Notes under the pieces: model-generated
The model's database searches: none
Told to the model about the DNA's origin: nothing
What the model saw: the letters and a program-made list of their open reading frames with translations, nothing else
Translations under genes and position numbers: made by a program
Assembly (NCBI GenBank): GCA_038324555.1
Contig: JBBQIC010000003.1
Location: 1 to 38,001 of the forward strand
DNA length: 38,001 bases
Direction of reading: 5' to 3'
DNA from: Chloroflexia bacterium
GTDB lineage: Bacteria; Chloroflexota; Chloroflexia; QHBQ01; JADMIH01
Part shown: positions 37,319 to 38,001 of the stretch, piece by piece
How the letters are laid out: the number at the start of each line of letters is the position of its first letter
Numbering within the stretch: the stretch's first letter is position 1

Positions 37319-37513
37319 CTAGGAACCTGCGCGTTGGGTCTTGTTCAGGGTGCGCAGACAGCGGGTGCATAGCTTCACGCGCTGGTACTCACCGTTTACC
37401 ATCACCTGGGTGGCCTGGATGTTGGGCATCCAGCGCCGGTTCGTGTGGTTCTTCGCGTGGCTCACGTTGTGGCCATAGTTAGGCTTTTTGCCGCACACTT
37501 CACACATTGCCAT
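37319..37513 (-). CDS. rpmB: 50S ribosomal protein L28 (zinc-ribbon form)
   Basis: CEVCGK...GHNVSHA...RRWMPNIQ...CTRCLR. Confidence 0.97.
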   Translation of the reverse strand: MAMCEVCGKKPNYGHNVSHAKNHTNRRWMPNIQATQVMVNGEYQRVKLCTRCLRTLNKTQRAGS

Positions 37514-37663
37514 CTTTGGTCCCTCTCTCTTCTCTTCTATAGCAAGCCCTTTACGAAAGCGGGCTTTTCAGTTATATTAGTCGTTAGTATATTATCAGCA
37601 CGGTATTCGGCTGCACAGTTTTTTATCTTACCACATCAGCCCCATTTTGGCAAGGTTTTAGCT

Positions 37664-38001
37664 ATGGCTTCAAGACACCGCAGAGATCGTAGCGGCTTTG
37701 GATTACAACCGGACGCGGTTTCCTCCAACGGCAAGCTTGCCATCAAGCGAAGCGAAGGGAAGGCGTCACAGTCTGCTGACATGGATGGATACGCGTCTTC
37801 ACAGGGCAGTGAATCTATAAGCCTGAAAGTCGGCCAGAGCGGCCAACCTGGGAAGATAGAAGTCTCGCCGAGGGCCATCGCCCACCTTGCAAGCCGCGCG
37901 GCCCAACGCTCCTACGGAGTGGTAGGGTTAGCCCAACGCCACTCTCGCCCCGGCTGGGCCGAACTGCTGCGGCTGGAAGAAGCTTATAAGGGCGTGGACG
38001 T
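37664..38001 (+). CDS. Asp23/Gls24 family protein (YloU-like), 3'-partial; start may be ATG 37781
   Basis: Frame is open to the window end: GKIEVSPRAIAHLASRAAQRSYGVVGLA...KGVD; divergent from rpmB as in the conserved rpmB/yloU arrangement. Confidence 0.85.
   Translation, partial: MASRHRRDRSGFGLQPDAVSSNGKLAIKRSEGKASQSADMDGYASSQGSESISLKVGQSGQPGKIEVSPRAIAHLASRAAQRSYGVVGLAQRHSRPGWAELLRLEEAYKGVD

Overview
A 38-kb bacterial chromosomal window, probably from Chloroflexota (inferred from the SLH-anchored exoproteins, cyclase-STAND-TPR proteins, nurA-HAS-herA triad and rpmB/Asp23 arrangement). Housekeeping genes (fabL-like SDR, tRNA-Pro(GGG), oligoendopeptidase F, clpP-clpX, rpmB) alternate with large secreted modular proteins, two toxin-antitoxin-like pairs, a duplicated STAND-TPR/Uma2 module and many small palindromic repeats. 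Main points: (1) a membrane-anchored rhodanese split by an in-frame TGA at a CxU position, with a SECIS-like hairpin, i.e. a probable selenoprotein next to a TlpA thioredoxin; (2) a MauD-like thioredoxin, a Tat-exported protein with 12 Cys and 2 Trp, and a Kelch-SLH-double-cupredoxin protein that together resemble a remodelled, wall-anchored methylamine-dehydrogenase-like system; (3) heptamer palindromes inserted in-frame into proteins, and a MITE with 8-bp target duplications that carries REP hairpins. All product calls come from motif recognition by eye; no database search was run.
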